Numbered from the whole stretch's first letter, positions 11,835 to 23,779 are shown. The stretch is DNA of 63,971 bases, filler included, from Octopus bimaculoides (GCF_001194135.2; 5 parts of 5 records of this genome joined end to end with filler, not necessarily neighbours in it), one strand, 5' to 3'. The notes: generated by a model from the sequence alone, not told the origin. Translations and numbers: made by a program.

Positions 11835-12027
11835 TGATTCCAAATTTTGGCGCAAGAGAGAGAGAATATGTCGATTGCATCGACTCCGGTGATCAGCTGT
11901 TACTTATTTTATCGACCCCAAAAGGATGAAAGACAAAGTCGACTTCTGCAGAATTTGAACTCAGAAAGTAAAGACGATTGAAATGCCGCCAGGCATTTTG
12001 TCCGGCCAGCTCCCTTCGTTGCCTTCC
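11835..12027 (-). mobile_element. SINE family A, minus strand, runs into a gap
   Basis: ATCGACCCCAAAAGGATGAAAGACAAAGTCGAC...AATTTGAACTCAGAA is the reverse complement of the family A body. Confidence 0.8.
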
Positions 12028-12269
12028 NNNNNNNNNNNNNNNNNNNNNNNNNNNNNNNNNNNNNNNNNNNNNNNNNNNNNNNNNNNNNNNNNNNNNNNNN
12101 NNNNNNNNNNNNNNNNNNNNNNNNNNNNNNNNNNNNNNNNNNNNNNNNNNNNNNNNNNNNNNNNNNNNNNNNNNNNNNNNNNNNNNNNNNNNNNNNNNNN
12201 NNNNNNNNNNNNNNNNNNNNNNNNNNNNNNNNNNNNNNNNNNNNNNNNNNNNNNNNNNNNNNATATAAA

Positions 12270-12948
12270 CACGAGGGGGTGTCCAAAAGTAACCAGAAAC
12301 GCTCTCTGTGAGACAAACCCGTTGTGGTTCAGGCTTCCACCGCCAGAAGCCACTTGAAGCGACCCTCAGACATCAGTCTACCTTCCGGCGGTATTGGGTG
12401 GAGTCCCACTACCACGTGATGCGTCATTGTTTTGGAATGCTTCGTCGACCTCCCAAACGATTGAAAACGTAAAAATTCATGAATTGATCTTGGGGGACCG
12501 TCACTGAAAAATTGACGAACTTGTTGACATGACAGGTGTGTCCTGGAGCTCCAGCCAACAAATTCAGAGCGAAGAATGAACAGAATTGCAGCAAAATTTG
12601 TATCTCGCTTGCTCACGGAAGATCAAAAGCAGTCACGACTGAATGTGAGTCGTGAACTGAAATAACAGTTAGAAGTTGATACGGACCTTTTTTCGAATGT
12701 CATCACTTGTGACGAAAACTGGTGCTACGGAATTTGCAGATGTGAAAGAGGTGAGGAAAAAAACGACAGAGGCATTAAAAGGCATCACTTCGCAAGAGTT
12801 CCAGGACTGCTTCGAATAGTGGAAAACGCGCCTGGATCGATGCATTGCTTCAAATGGAGAATACTTAGAAAGCGATAAAAGTGTAAACATGTAAAATAAG
12901 TGAATAAAATAATGCAAAATTCTGGTTTCTTTTGGGTACACACACGTA
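12270..12948 (+). mobile_element. Internally deleted mariner element
   Basis: TIRs ACGAGGGGGTGTCCAAAAGTAACCAGAA / TTCTGGTTTCTTTTGGGTACACACACGTA. Remnants AAKFVSRLLTEDQK, VITCDENWCY, then directly FADVKEV...RLDRCIASNGEYLE. Confidence 0.85.
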
Positions 12949-13439
12949 TAGACACGCACGCTTACACACGCACACACAAACACAGAAGGGAGGTGGAGAT
13001 ATGACGTTATGTGCAGAAATAAAGAGAAATAAAAGACAATTTTTGAAAGAGTGGGAATTGATAATTAATTAAGTTCTATTGTTCATTATTTACCAAATTC
13101 CCTCACCGAAGAGATTTTAGTACAGAATTTTGCTTTGTTTCCCTTTTTTTTTTTTACTTTTTTTGTTTTACACCGGTGTGTCTGTCTGTGTGCGTGCACG
13201 CGCACATGTGTATGTTTGTGTACACATAGAGTGGGGCGAGAGATGCGTAAATACTTAAGCATATGCACGCATTCACTGAGATATAAAAATAAAAGATACG
13301 TAGACAGACAGACAGAAAGAAAGAAAGAAAGAAAGAAAGAAAGGTGGATGGGCAGGCGAACCAGTAGACAGAAAGAGACGGATTGATAAACTCAGTGATT
13401 GATCGATCGATTGGTTGATTGATTGATCGCTCGATTGAT

Positions 13440-13471
<32 letters not shown>

Positions 13472-14070
13472 ATTTGTACGTGAATATATGGTTATGTGTG
13501 TGAAGCCAGAAAAGAACTTCCAGTACGTTCATCGCCTGCGTTCTATATCTTGGTTTTTGTATTGTAAAAAATTATAATTTCTGACATGAGGTGTTTGTGT
13601 TTTTACTGCCTTTAAGGATATGAAATCTTTCTTGATACTAATGGAAGTGAATACTTTACTGATACTACGTATCAAAACTTTCAACTCCATCACAATCCAA
13701 TTTTCGTTTTGGAATCTTTTTATTTCTAGCAGCGTGTTAGGGTCTTCCCAAACAACACATTTCGCAACCCACCAGAAATCTAGTTTTGCTGTATGTTTGA
13801 GATTTTTTTCGGATTACTCTCCGTCCCAATTAAATCAGTATCAGTGTAAAATCTTCAGTTCTTCGTGGGACGATGAAGTACTTCTGTGCTGAGTTTTCCT
13901 AGTAGAAAATAACTTGTAAATGCAACGAATGAAATAATTCTTTCTTGATTTAGACACATCACCAGTAATTTTGAGGAAAGGAATAAGTAGATATCATTAA
14001 CCCGCTGCTTAATTAGTACTCTGTTTTATTGAACCTAGGAGGAATGGAAACAGTATTAACTTCGATTTAA

Positions 14071-14285
14071 GGCGGCGAGCTGGCAGAATCCTTAGCACAC
14101 TGGGCAAAATGCTTAGCAGCATTTCATCCGTCTTTACGTTCTGGTTCAAATTCCGTCGAGGTTGACTTTGCCTTTCATCCCTTTCGGGGTCGATAAATTA
14201 AGTACCAGTCGAGCACTGGGGTCGATGTAATCGGTTTCTTCCCTCCCACGACGTTGCTGGCCTTATGCCGAAATTCGAAATCAAT
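14071..14285 (+). mobile_element. Well-preserved SINE family A copy nested in an older antisense SINE A-like copy (~13975-14355)
   Basis: Full head GGCGGCGAGCTGGCAGAATCC; flanked by the degenerate direct repeat TATTAACTTCGATTT / TATTGACCTTGATTT. Confidence 0.85.
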
Positions 14286-14357
14286 ATTGACCTTGATTTG
14301 ATTTAAAATCAGAATGTAAAATTTTGGAAGAAATACAAAGCATTTTTTCCCAACGCT

Positions 14358-14434
14358 TTATTTTTTATCTTTTACTTGTTTTAGTCATGAGAATGCGACC
14401 ATGCTGGGGCATCGTCTTGAAAAACTTTTAGTCG
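14358..14434 (-). mobile_element. SINE family B 3' tail, truncated by a gap
   Basis: TCTTTTACTTGTTTTAGTCAT...GACCATGCTGGGGCA is the reverse complement of the family B tail. Confidence 0.75.
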
Positions 14435-15714
14435 NNNNNNNNNNNNNNNNNNNNNNNNNNNNNNNNNNNNNNNNNNNNTTAATTAATTAANNNNNNNNNN
14501 NNNNNNNNNNNNNNNNNNNNNNNNNNNNNNNNNNTATATATATAATAGAAACAGGTTTCAAAGAAAAAAGACTACACGTGCTAAAATAGGGATAAGTAAA
14601 AAGAAAACAAAGAAAATGCACATTAGATATAAAGAATAATGGCTTTTTTTTAAAGAAAAGCAAAAATATATACATACAATTAAATGGTTTAAGGTGGAAT
14701 TATGAAGTATAAATATCATTATTATGAATCATTATAGAAATTCAAAGTCATACAAGTATCGTCGGAACTGATCACTGACTTTGAATGAAGACCGATTTCC
14801 AAACGGTGTTGCGTCTAATAGTACCTGACAGAAAAGATTACATGCAAGGGTGTTAAACAGTTCTGGAAGTGATGCAATTAAGGTAGATATAAATACTGGA
14901 ATATATATTGAATTCTACGATATATAGTGACCTGATATTATCCACCTCTTATTATTTATTTATAATTCCCCTCTCTCGGAACCTGTCCCTCACGTGATTC
15001 GAAGTATATATTCGAAGAATATTTAGACCGTACATTTAGTACAATGTGTGTTTGTGTGTGTGGGGTGTTCTAATGCGTTGTTTCGATGCTAATCTGTACT
15101 ATAGAACAGAATAAGCAGTACTGAATATAATGCATAGACGAAGAGTTTTGCGGATTATTTTCCTTCCTCTGTTGGGAGATCATTAGCGACTTAATACTTT
15201 CTTTAATTCTCCGCGAAGATATTGCTTATATATTCACTCTTACTAAGAGCTTAAGTAGATCAGATGAATTTGTATACATAGCGTCATTCTGGCCGCTGGT
15301 TTGGGTTTATCCGATCTGCTTAAACACTCATTAGCGATGGATTTATAAGCAATGTAACAGTGGACAGTTAAAAAAGTAAACGGTCGCCGATGAGCTCCCA
15401 ACACAGGATTGAAAGTAATCTGTTTAATATTCATCTCTTTTTTTGTCCACAAAAATTTTGAGTGTAAAGACAAGGTACGTATTTTTCTTCGTCCATTATA
15501 TACAGAGTTGCCTAAAATCCATAGATATATGCTGTAGTATAGTATACAATTGTAATAAAAAAATTTAACGAACCAGGTTATGTATACGTACATGCATTTA
15601 TGTATATATACATATATATACATATATACATTCATATATATATACAGACATACATACACAAACACACATACTCACACACACACACACGCACGCACGCACA
15701 CATATATAATAGAT

Positions 15715-16370
15715 ATAACCAGGTAATGGCGTAAAGCAGTATTTATGTATAATCACAATTTAGGTTAGTTAAAATATGTTTGTCACATATTTCAACTGCT
15801 AAAGGCAAATACACTGCAGTTACCGTGGAGAAAATATCTCTCTTATGGTAAAAAGGTGTGAAAACATCCAGTTCGTTCTGTGTCGGCATCTATCGGGAAT
15901 CTCAGACATCGATGTTCCGAGTTTGTAGACTCATGTCGATGAGATGTACCTAAGAGAGGCAACTCTGAACGAACTAAATAAAGCTTGTAGCTTTACATAT
16001 AATTCAGCCAACACGTTGACTGATTTGCGCTAATTGATCGCCCGATCGAGAAACTCGAAATATTGACGTCAGAGATTCTCGAAAGATGGCGAAACTGAAC
16101 GAACTGGGTGTTTTCCCACCTTTTTACCAAAAGAGAGATTATTCTGCACGGTATCTGCAGTGTATTTGCCTTTGGCAGTTGAAATACGTGACAAACATAT
16201 TTCAATTAACCTAAATTGTGATTATACGTAAATACTGCTTTACGCCATTACTTCGTTATTTTTCGATGGGTGATCTACTAGCGCAAATCAGTCAACGTTT
16301 CGGTTGAATTATATATTAAGTTACAAGCTTTATTCAGTCTGTTCAGAGTTTCCTCTCTTGCTTACATCTC
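15715..16370. repeat. Interlocked inverted repeats A(15715-15924)-x-B(15941-16053)-A'(16051-16259)-B'(16260-16370)
   Basis: A/A' are ~210 bp and B/B' ~112 bp; A/A' are roughly 85-90% identical as reverse complements by eye, B/B' somewhat lower. Confidence 0.9.
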
Positions 16371-16651
16371 GAGTGCTGCTGCTTTGTGAGTTCATTCTGT
16401 TTAATGTTTATTGTCATTGCACTGTTTGTTACACTTGTTGAATTTAAGGTCTCACCATTTTCTGAACGGTAATTTTCGCCCTACGGGGCAGAAAATTGTG
16501 CCTTGTTAGAAAATTATTACTGTTGGACTGTTTTGTTCCTGTTAATTTTTACCTGTTGCAGGGTAAAAATATTAGTTTTTGTCATTTTTGACAAAATTAT
16601 TTTTGAAAATTTGTGTGTTTATTCCTGTTGAAGGAAATCATTTTTTTGCAA

Positions 16652-17020
16652 ATGGAATTTAATTTATTATCAAAGAAGGATTTCCCTGAGATGGAAAGGG
16701 CAGCTAATGTTGAAAAAATACAAAAGGGAGATAAGGAAAAGCCCAGTTTTTCGGCCGCTGTAGGCGGAAATTTAATAGAAATGAATGTTAACATGGAGCA
16801 GTTGTTCAAGCACTGCAACTTAATCAAAACAAATGGTATCTATACCAAGTTACTGGGTTAGGGCTGCTGTGGCTATTGATGTGCACGCATGCACTGAGGT
16901 TAAGGCATCTCTGGCTATACCTGGATGCTGGCCAGGTGTGGAATTCGTTTGCAGAGGAATTCTTTCCAAGACCGGCAACCTTGGGGGAATTTACAACCGA
17001 TTGGATTAAAAGGCACTCGT
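16652..17020 (+). pseudogene. Disrupted ORF start, possibly the ORF1 N-terminus of an L1/Tx1-like LINE
   Basis: MEFNLLSKKDFPEMERAANVEKIQKGDKEKPSFSAAVGG...TKLLG*, continuing in a shifted frame as ...KASLAIPGCWPGVEFVCRG. The assignment is resemblance only. Confidence 0.35.
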
Positions 17021-17314
17021 ACTAATACACAAGGTGGGCAAAGCCAGCAGCGGAAATACCACCACGGCATTTTATAAAGGGCTGGTGGAGTTTAAGAGCG
17101 ATGACATCCTGGGAGGTGCTCTTGTTTCTGTCTGTCTCTGTCTCTCTTGTTTACTCTTGTGGGTTTGAGGTCGTTGTTACACCAATGCTGTATACTCGTC
17201 TGAACGCTTGGCCATTACCAGAACGAGAACAGTGAAAAAGTTTTCAATGAAAAATAAAATATTGCAATATAAATGTATTACTTTCCAGTAAAATAAAGCA
17301 CTGTAAAAGTAGAA

Positions 17315-17399
<85 letters not shown>

Positions 17400-18408
17400 C
17401 ATACATGAAGCAACACCACCATAAACTATAGATCCCTTGAACAAGTTTAACCCATAGTGGAACTAGAATCTCAATGGAAGACAACTCTTAATCACCACTG
17501 AGGACATGAGATATTAAATGCTTACACCGAAAAACATATACAAATAAACAAGACTATATATTCCATCTTCTGCTGCCAAACGAATATCTTTATGCTTTCG
17601 ACATATTCAATCCGGTGATGCCAACAGCATCAAAATTATAGATGCTGCTTGAGAGTAGTAGACAAAAGTTCAAACATATGCTCGATGTTCTTGTTAAGTT
17701 GACACCTGCTGTTAGTAAGTTATAAAGAATATTTTGAAACAAAAGAACTCCAACATGGATAGTCACATAAAAGCAGCTATGAAATTAGAAATTAAATCGC
17801 GCATAGAAAATTGAGAAAATAAATACAAAAGGACATTGCTAACGAAATCTATAATTCATAAATCCAAACTAAACATAGCAAACAAAAGTTATTAAAAATA
17901 TAAATCGAAAAAATTAAGCTATAAGCAGCATATGGAAAAATAAGAATTGTCAAAGGAATAACGTACTCTGGCTTCACCAGGTAACAAACATAATCAAGCA
18001 CAAGGGAATATATTTTTCCAGAACTGCTAAACATGTAAGTTAATTAAAGAATATGAACTAAAACTTTTATTGCTATANNNNNNNNNNNNNNNNNNNNNNN
18101 NNNNNNNNNNNNNNNNNNNNNNNNNNNNNNNNNNNNNNNNNNNNNNNNNNNNNNNNNNNNNNNNNNNNNNNNNNNNNNNNNNNNNNNNNNNNNNNNNNNN
18201 NNNNNNNNNNNNNNNNNNNNNNNNNNNNNNNNNNNNNNNNNNNNNNNNNNNNNNNNNNNNNNNNNNNNNNNNNNNNNNNNNNNNNNNNNNNNNNNNNNNN
18301 NNNNNNNNNNNNNNNNNNNNNNNNNNNNNNNNNNNNNNNNNNNNNNNNNNNNNNNNNNNNNNNNNNNNNNNNNNNNNNNNNNNNNNNNNNNNNNNNNNNN
18401 NNNNNNNN

Positions 18409-18447
<39 letters not shown>

Positions 18448-18715
18448 GAGTAGGTGCTGAAACGTTCCTGGCTTTGGGTAAAAGAAGGTACAGGAGGATC
18501 GGGTAAATATGATTTTATTCAACATATTTCACTCTCAGATTCACACACTTATTGCAACGGTGCTCCAGATTTTCTAAACCCTGTAAAAGAACTCGCAAGT
18601 TTGGGCCTCCAACCAGGCCTTTCGTGATACCCTGAAAGCCAGATACTTCTCAGCATCTCCCTGTATGTAGTATGTATATCTATCTATTTATCTATCTGTC
18701 TATCTGTCCATCTGC

Positions 18716-18748
<33 letters not shown>

Positions 18749-18867
18749 TCTCTCTCTCTCTCTCNNNNNNNNNNNNNNNNNNNNNNNNNNNNNNNNNNNN
18801 NNNNNNNNNNNNNNNNNNNNNNNNNNNNNNNNNNNNNNNNNNNNNNNNNNNNNNNNNNNNNNNNNNN

Positions 18868-18943
<76 letters not shown>

Positions 18944-19689
18944 AAGTAACGATTTTTTGCCAACTTAATGTGCCAGCCCCATTTTGGGGCGAATGCCACT
19001 GTTGTTTAGCCCCCGAGAGACATCTGTTCCAACTGGCTATACGACACACAATCTGTGTCCCTATATTTTCGAACAGGGTAGGTTAGCATCCCCATCCAGT
19101 ACGAAGCAATATCTGTGGACCGTACGGTTTCAAGGTTCTTTCTCTTCGTCGTCGGCACAGAATAACTCTTCGGCTGAGATGGCGCTGCTAAACACTCCTT
19201 CGAAAATATATATATAATTGTCTAAGTGACTCACAGTCACTGATCTAATAAAATAGAAACATTGTTGTCCCTAAATCTCTCAAGGAGAGATATTAAGTAG
19301 CAGCACTTTAAAGTAACGATTTTTTGCCAACCTAATGAAGTCCCATTTGGGGGCGAATGCTACTTACAAGTAGATATACATATTAGGCACGAACTAACCG
19401 TAACGAAAATATTTTCCACGTAAACAACAAAGCACCCATGTGTTACGATGAAAGCGAAGATTTACGGCTTCCGCGTCTTCGAAGGACGAAGGAACAAATT
19501 TTTTTAGTAATCTTAGAGCGGAGTTCAGAAACTACTTCTTAACGGAAATGACGTCGTACACAATAACATATGACGACATACGTGCAAAATAACCAGAGAC
19601 ACAGATGCAGAATAACAAATCTCAATGTTAACGCCATATAAAACTAAACATTACGAAGTGTGATACTAAGCAGGAAACTAGAATTTACC

Positions 19690-19990
19690 CTAAATATTTT
19701 CCAAAGCTTTATTACGTCTCCCCAAGCATTAGTTAAAACTTTTAACTAACAATTTTCCAACGGAACCATGCCTCTCCATATGTTTCATCAACAGCTTGTT
19801 CTTTCTACAAAAGCATCGACTCTGTTGATAATTTTATCGTATCTAATAGCTTGACTGGAGAACATTTTATATCCTACTCTTAATGGATTTCTGCTTAAAT
19901 GCCTATGCAAGGATGTAGAACTAAAGATAAAAGCTGTCAGTTTTATTATAAACGCAATAAATAAATAAACTATAGAAAATATCAAAACCA
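19690..19990 (-). pseudogene. Penelope-like RT C-terminal fragment, copy 1
   Basis: IIKLTAF...VGYKMFSSQAIRYDKIINRVDAFVER resembles the PLE motif GY..F.SQ..RY.RI; homologous to 21400-21670. Confidence 0.55.
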
Positions 19991-20087
19991 ACATCGCCCG
20001 CCATCAAGCATTTCATGAGATGTTTAAAACATAAAAAAGAAAAACGAACGGAAAATAGTTTTAGTATAAATAACATGGCACTCATAT

Positions 20088-21373
20088 TACGCGGATCGGC
20101 TGAAAAGTTCATAGGCTTACTAAGATACTGTCATGGAATGTGACCAAATGAGGTTTATTTTTCAACATAGTCCTCCTTGCAGTCCACACACTTCTTCTAC
20201 TGGGGTTTCTGTGCTTGGATCTCATTGGTGAAGAATCTTTCATCCTGTTGGTCAAAAGAGTTAACAACAGATATGACGTCATCGTCACTACCAAATGTTT
20301 TTCATGTTAGGAACAGATGATTGTCAGATAGAGTCAACTCAGGAGAATAAGGAGGGCGATCAACCAGTTCAAAGCCACAGTCATGCACAGCAACCATTGA
20401 AACCAATGACTTGTGTGCTGGAGTATTGCCCTAATGAAACAAAAACCCCTTTCGTCAGTTTTTCTTTCTTTCTTCTCCTTCTTGATAGCCTCTCGTAACT
20501 GCCTCAGCAAGTTGGCATAGTAGTCTCTATTGATAGTGTGACCTCTTTGAAGATAGTCAATAAGCACAATGCTTTTGCATCACAAAAATCTGAGGCTATC
20601 ACCTTCCCTGCAGATGAAACGACCTTGGCCTCCTTTAGAGCAAATGAGAAGGGGCGTTTCCTCTACATCGATTGTCTCTTTGTCTGTGGCTGAAAGTGAT
20701 GAAACCATCACTCATCCTTGGCTAGGAAACGTTCAAGGAAACCAACTGAATCTGCCTCAAGCAATGTCAGATTTTCCCATGATGTGATCAACCCGATGCG
20801 CTTTTGATCAAGTGTCAGAAAACGTGGCACCCACCGAACAGAAACGTTCGTCATGCCAACTTCATTGTGCAGATTATTCTCAACTTTCTTACAGGATCTG
20901 CTAATAGCATTGGCTGTTTAATTTATAGCCATTCGCCTGTCATCCATCACCATGTAGTGAACACGATGAAAATATTTCCTCGGTGGTAGCAGTTGCAGGA
21001 CGTCTAAACCTTGGGCCATCGATTTCAAGACTCTCCTTCCCTTCCTAAATTCAGCATCTCACTTTTGTTGTGTTGATAAACATGGAACGTCACCCCCTAC
21101 TGTAACAACCATGTCAGCATAAATTTTATTGGAAGCCAAAGCTTTTTTCTGCAGGTCCTTGATAACACGACAATGCCAATTTTTGTCCATTTTCAAGAGA
21201 AGTCACTACTACGTAATTTTGAAGTCTTCTTTGAAAAGTCAGATGATAGTTTAGCTGAAATAAAAACAATACATTTATTAATAGGAAGAGGTGAAAGCAA
21301 TGCAAGCAAGATATCACAGCTCTAGCATCACTCCTTCATAGATGGCCTATGAACTTTTCAGCGCACTCTCATA
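20088..21373 (-). mobile_element. Full-length (~1.29 kb) mariner (DD34D type) with a disrupted transposase (~21190 to 20155)
   Basis: Both TIRs contain GCTGAAAAGTTCATAGGC with TA at both ends. Remnants WVPRFLTLDQK, DYLQRGHTINRDYYANLL, RPPYSPEL, GDYVEK*. Confidence 0.92.
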
Positions 21374-21399
21374 ATTGAAAACGTAGAAATTCTTCCTAA

Positions 21400-21670
21400 A
21401 CTTTTCAAATTTTTATTATGTCTACCCGAGCAACAGAAATTATAACAATTTCCTAACGTAATCTTGTTCTTCCATACGCTTCATTAACAGCCTTGCTCTG
21501 TCTACAACTACATCAAATTTATTTATAATTCTATCATATATAATAACGTGACTGGAGAACTCATTATATCCTATTCTTAACCGACTTCTACATAAATGCT
21601 CAGGGCAAAGATACAATACGAAAATTAAAACTATCAGTTTTATTAAATGCTTGTTATAAACTTATTATCC
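21400..21670 (-). pseudogene. Penelope-like RT C-terminal fragment, copy 2
   Basis: Colinear with 19690-19990 (TTCATTAACAGCCTTG, TGACTGGAGAAC, TATATCCTA, CAGTTTTATTA); RIGYNEFSSHVI. Confidence 0.5.
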
Positions 21671-21786
21671 ATACTACTTTGACATCTAAATGCTTAACCT
21701 CATTTTCCGCATCTCCATTTCTATTAGCTACGAGATCGCCTGGGCATATTTTCGTTAAGTTAAGAATAAAAATATCCCATCAATGA

Positions 21787-22198
21787 GACTGTGTGGCAAG
21801 AAGTTTTCTTTCCAACCACATGGTTCTTTGTTCAGTCCGACTGCGTGGCATCTTGGGAAAGTGTCTCCAATAGCCTGGGGTCGACTAAAGTCTTGTGAGT
21901 AGATGATTTGGAATATGGAAACTGAAAGAAGCCCGTCGTATGTGTGTGTGTGTATGTATGTGTGTGCGTGTGTGTGTGTTCGCGCGCATTTGTATCAGTG
22001 TTTGTCTGCCACTACCGCTTGACAACTGGTGTTGGTGTATTTACGTCTTCGTAACTTAGCGGTTCGGCAATAAGAGACTGATAGAATAAGGACAATGCTT
22101 AAAAAATAAGTACTGGAGTTGATTCGTTTGACTAAAAATTCTTCAAGTTAGCGTTCCAGCATGGCCTCAGTCTAATTACTGAAACAAGTAAAAAAAAT
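21787..22198 (+). mobile_element. SINE family B, near full length
   Basis: CTGTGTGGCAAGAAG...CAACCACATGGTTC, ACTGAAAGAAGCCCGTCGTA, (TG)n, tail GAAACAAGTAAAA. Confidence 0.85.
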
Positions 22199-22410
22199 AT
22201 CTGCAGCAACCATTAAAATGTTTAGCTCAGCCGATTTATTTCTGCTTGTATAAATCACTAACAAACTAATAAACGTACTAAAACAAACATATGTCTGCTA
22301 ATAAATCACAATTACCAGCTAGGAATTAACAACATTGGAATACTTTTAATTCGTTTAAATATCCCATTGATAAAAGCAATGGATGCGTTATTAATAGCAG
22401 AACTAGCCTA

Positions 22411-22660
22411 GGTGGTGAGTTGGCAAAATCGTTAACATTCCAGGCAAAATTCTTAGCAAAATTTTGTCCGTCTTTAAGTTCCGAGTCAAGACGCAGGGAA
22501 TAACGCTTGGCGGCATTTCGTTCGTCCTTACGTTTTATGTTCAAATTCCGTCGTGGTTGACTTCGCCTTTCCATCCTTTCGGGGTCGATAGAATAAGAAC
22601 CAGTCGAGCATTGGTGTCGATATAATCGCTAGCCTTGTGCCAACATTTGAAATCAATAAT
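22411..22660 (+). mobile_element. SINE family A with a duplicated head segment
   Basis: The CTTAGC/CTTGGC...GTCCGTCTTTA/TTCGTCCTTA segment occurs twice before the core. Confidence 0.7.
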
Positions 22661-23009
22661 AATACTAAATTTCTCCATTATCCTACCCTTAGTTAAACTA
22701 GTAAAACGCACCAGGTATATTAAAATTCAAGTATAAATTAGCTTCAGTACTATCTTAACTGTTAAGAGCACTACATTTCTAAAATAAGAAAAGAAATGTT
22801 AATTAAATTTAAGTAAAATATATACCTACATTTGGGTTGATCACCCTGTATAAACACATACACGTTCATGTATTTGTTTTGCAAGTTCCCTGATGTAAAA
22901 TCCTGTGTTGAAGCATATATTGTTATATTTCGGGATGGTCATATTTTTGCCAAATGAACACACGCACTATATATTCATTCTTTACTTGTTTATTATTGTT
23001 CTTATTTTA

Positions 23010-23480
23010 TGCTCATTGTCTACGGATTAAAGTAGTAGAAAGGTCAGGAACCCCATAAAATCCCTGATCTGGAGAACATAACATATCCATTCAGTAGGTC
23101 TCCATGTACGGAGAATATCTGAGTATTATATAGGATGAACCCACAAGTTAACTGTTAGATTAGGAATGTAGTCTATAGCATACGATATATTGAAGGACGA
23201 TGCAGAAACAAGACAATTTACATAAGGGAGACAACAAATTACAGTGGAGAGACGGTACGTAGCATAGGGGAGCAGATAGGTGAATACTAGTATGACTTGA
23301 AAGAAGAGAAAAGCTCGTCAGTGCTCTACCTACATGCGCAATTAGGACATAAAGACTCGGTTAATAACATAAATGTAAAGGTATTACCAATGCATAGAAG
23401 AGAGACGACACCTAGATAGATTACAGAGGCCACACACAGTAATAGACAGACCGAGCATCAACAGAAAATACGAATGCAGC
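23010..23480 (+). pseudogene. Penelope-like GIY-YIG endonuclease, 3' fragment (lineage 1)
   Basis: KVVERSGTPIKSL, YIRET/YSGETVRSIGEQIGEY, SVLYLHAQLGH, QITEATH; frameshifted. Confidence 0.7.
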
Positions 23481-23583
23481 AATAACACCCCACCACCACC
23501 ACCACCACCAAACTACACAGCATGACGACTAAAGACAATGGGACAAACAAGATTCACTTACAAAGAGTATAATACATAAACCC

Positions 23584-23627
<44 letters not shown>

Positions 23628-23628
23628 G

Positions 23629-23662
<34 letters not shown>

Positions 23663-23779
23663 ACTATATAAAGGGCACAGATACAAATGATATAGTAAGT
23701 GAACCCATATATACATACACAAAACACACATACAAGATACATAGACACCCGTACACACACTCCCGCACGCACACACAGA

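Noticed and set aside
14435-14534. TTAATTAATTAA island inside N runs (also 41641-41652, 54889-54900, 62887-62898)
   Set aside because: Always 44 N + 12-mer + 44 N = 100 bp, and the 12-mer has stops in all six frames; an artificial scaffold-join marker, not biology.
17440-18070. Possible decayed Penelope N-terminal coding region
   Set aside because: A-rich and coding-like but no motif I can anchor; needs a profile search.
19225-19300. Hammerhead-like CTGAT...GAAACATTGTTGTC
   Set aside because: The CTGANGA box is incomplete and stem I cannot pair.
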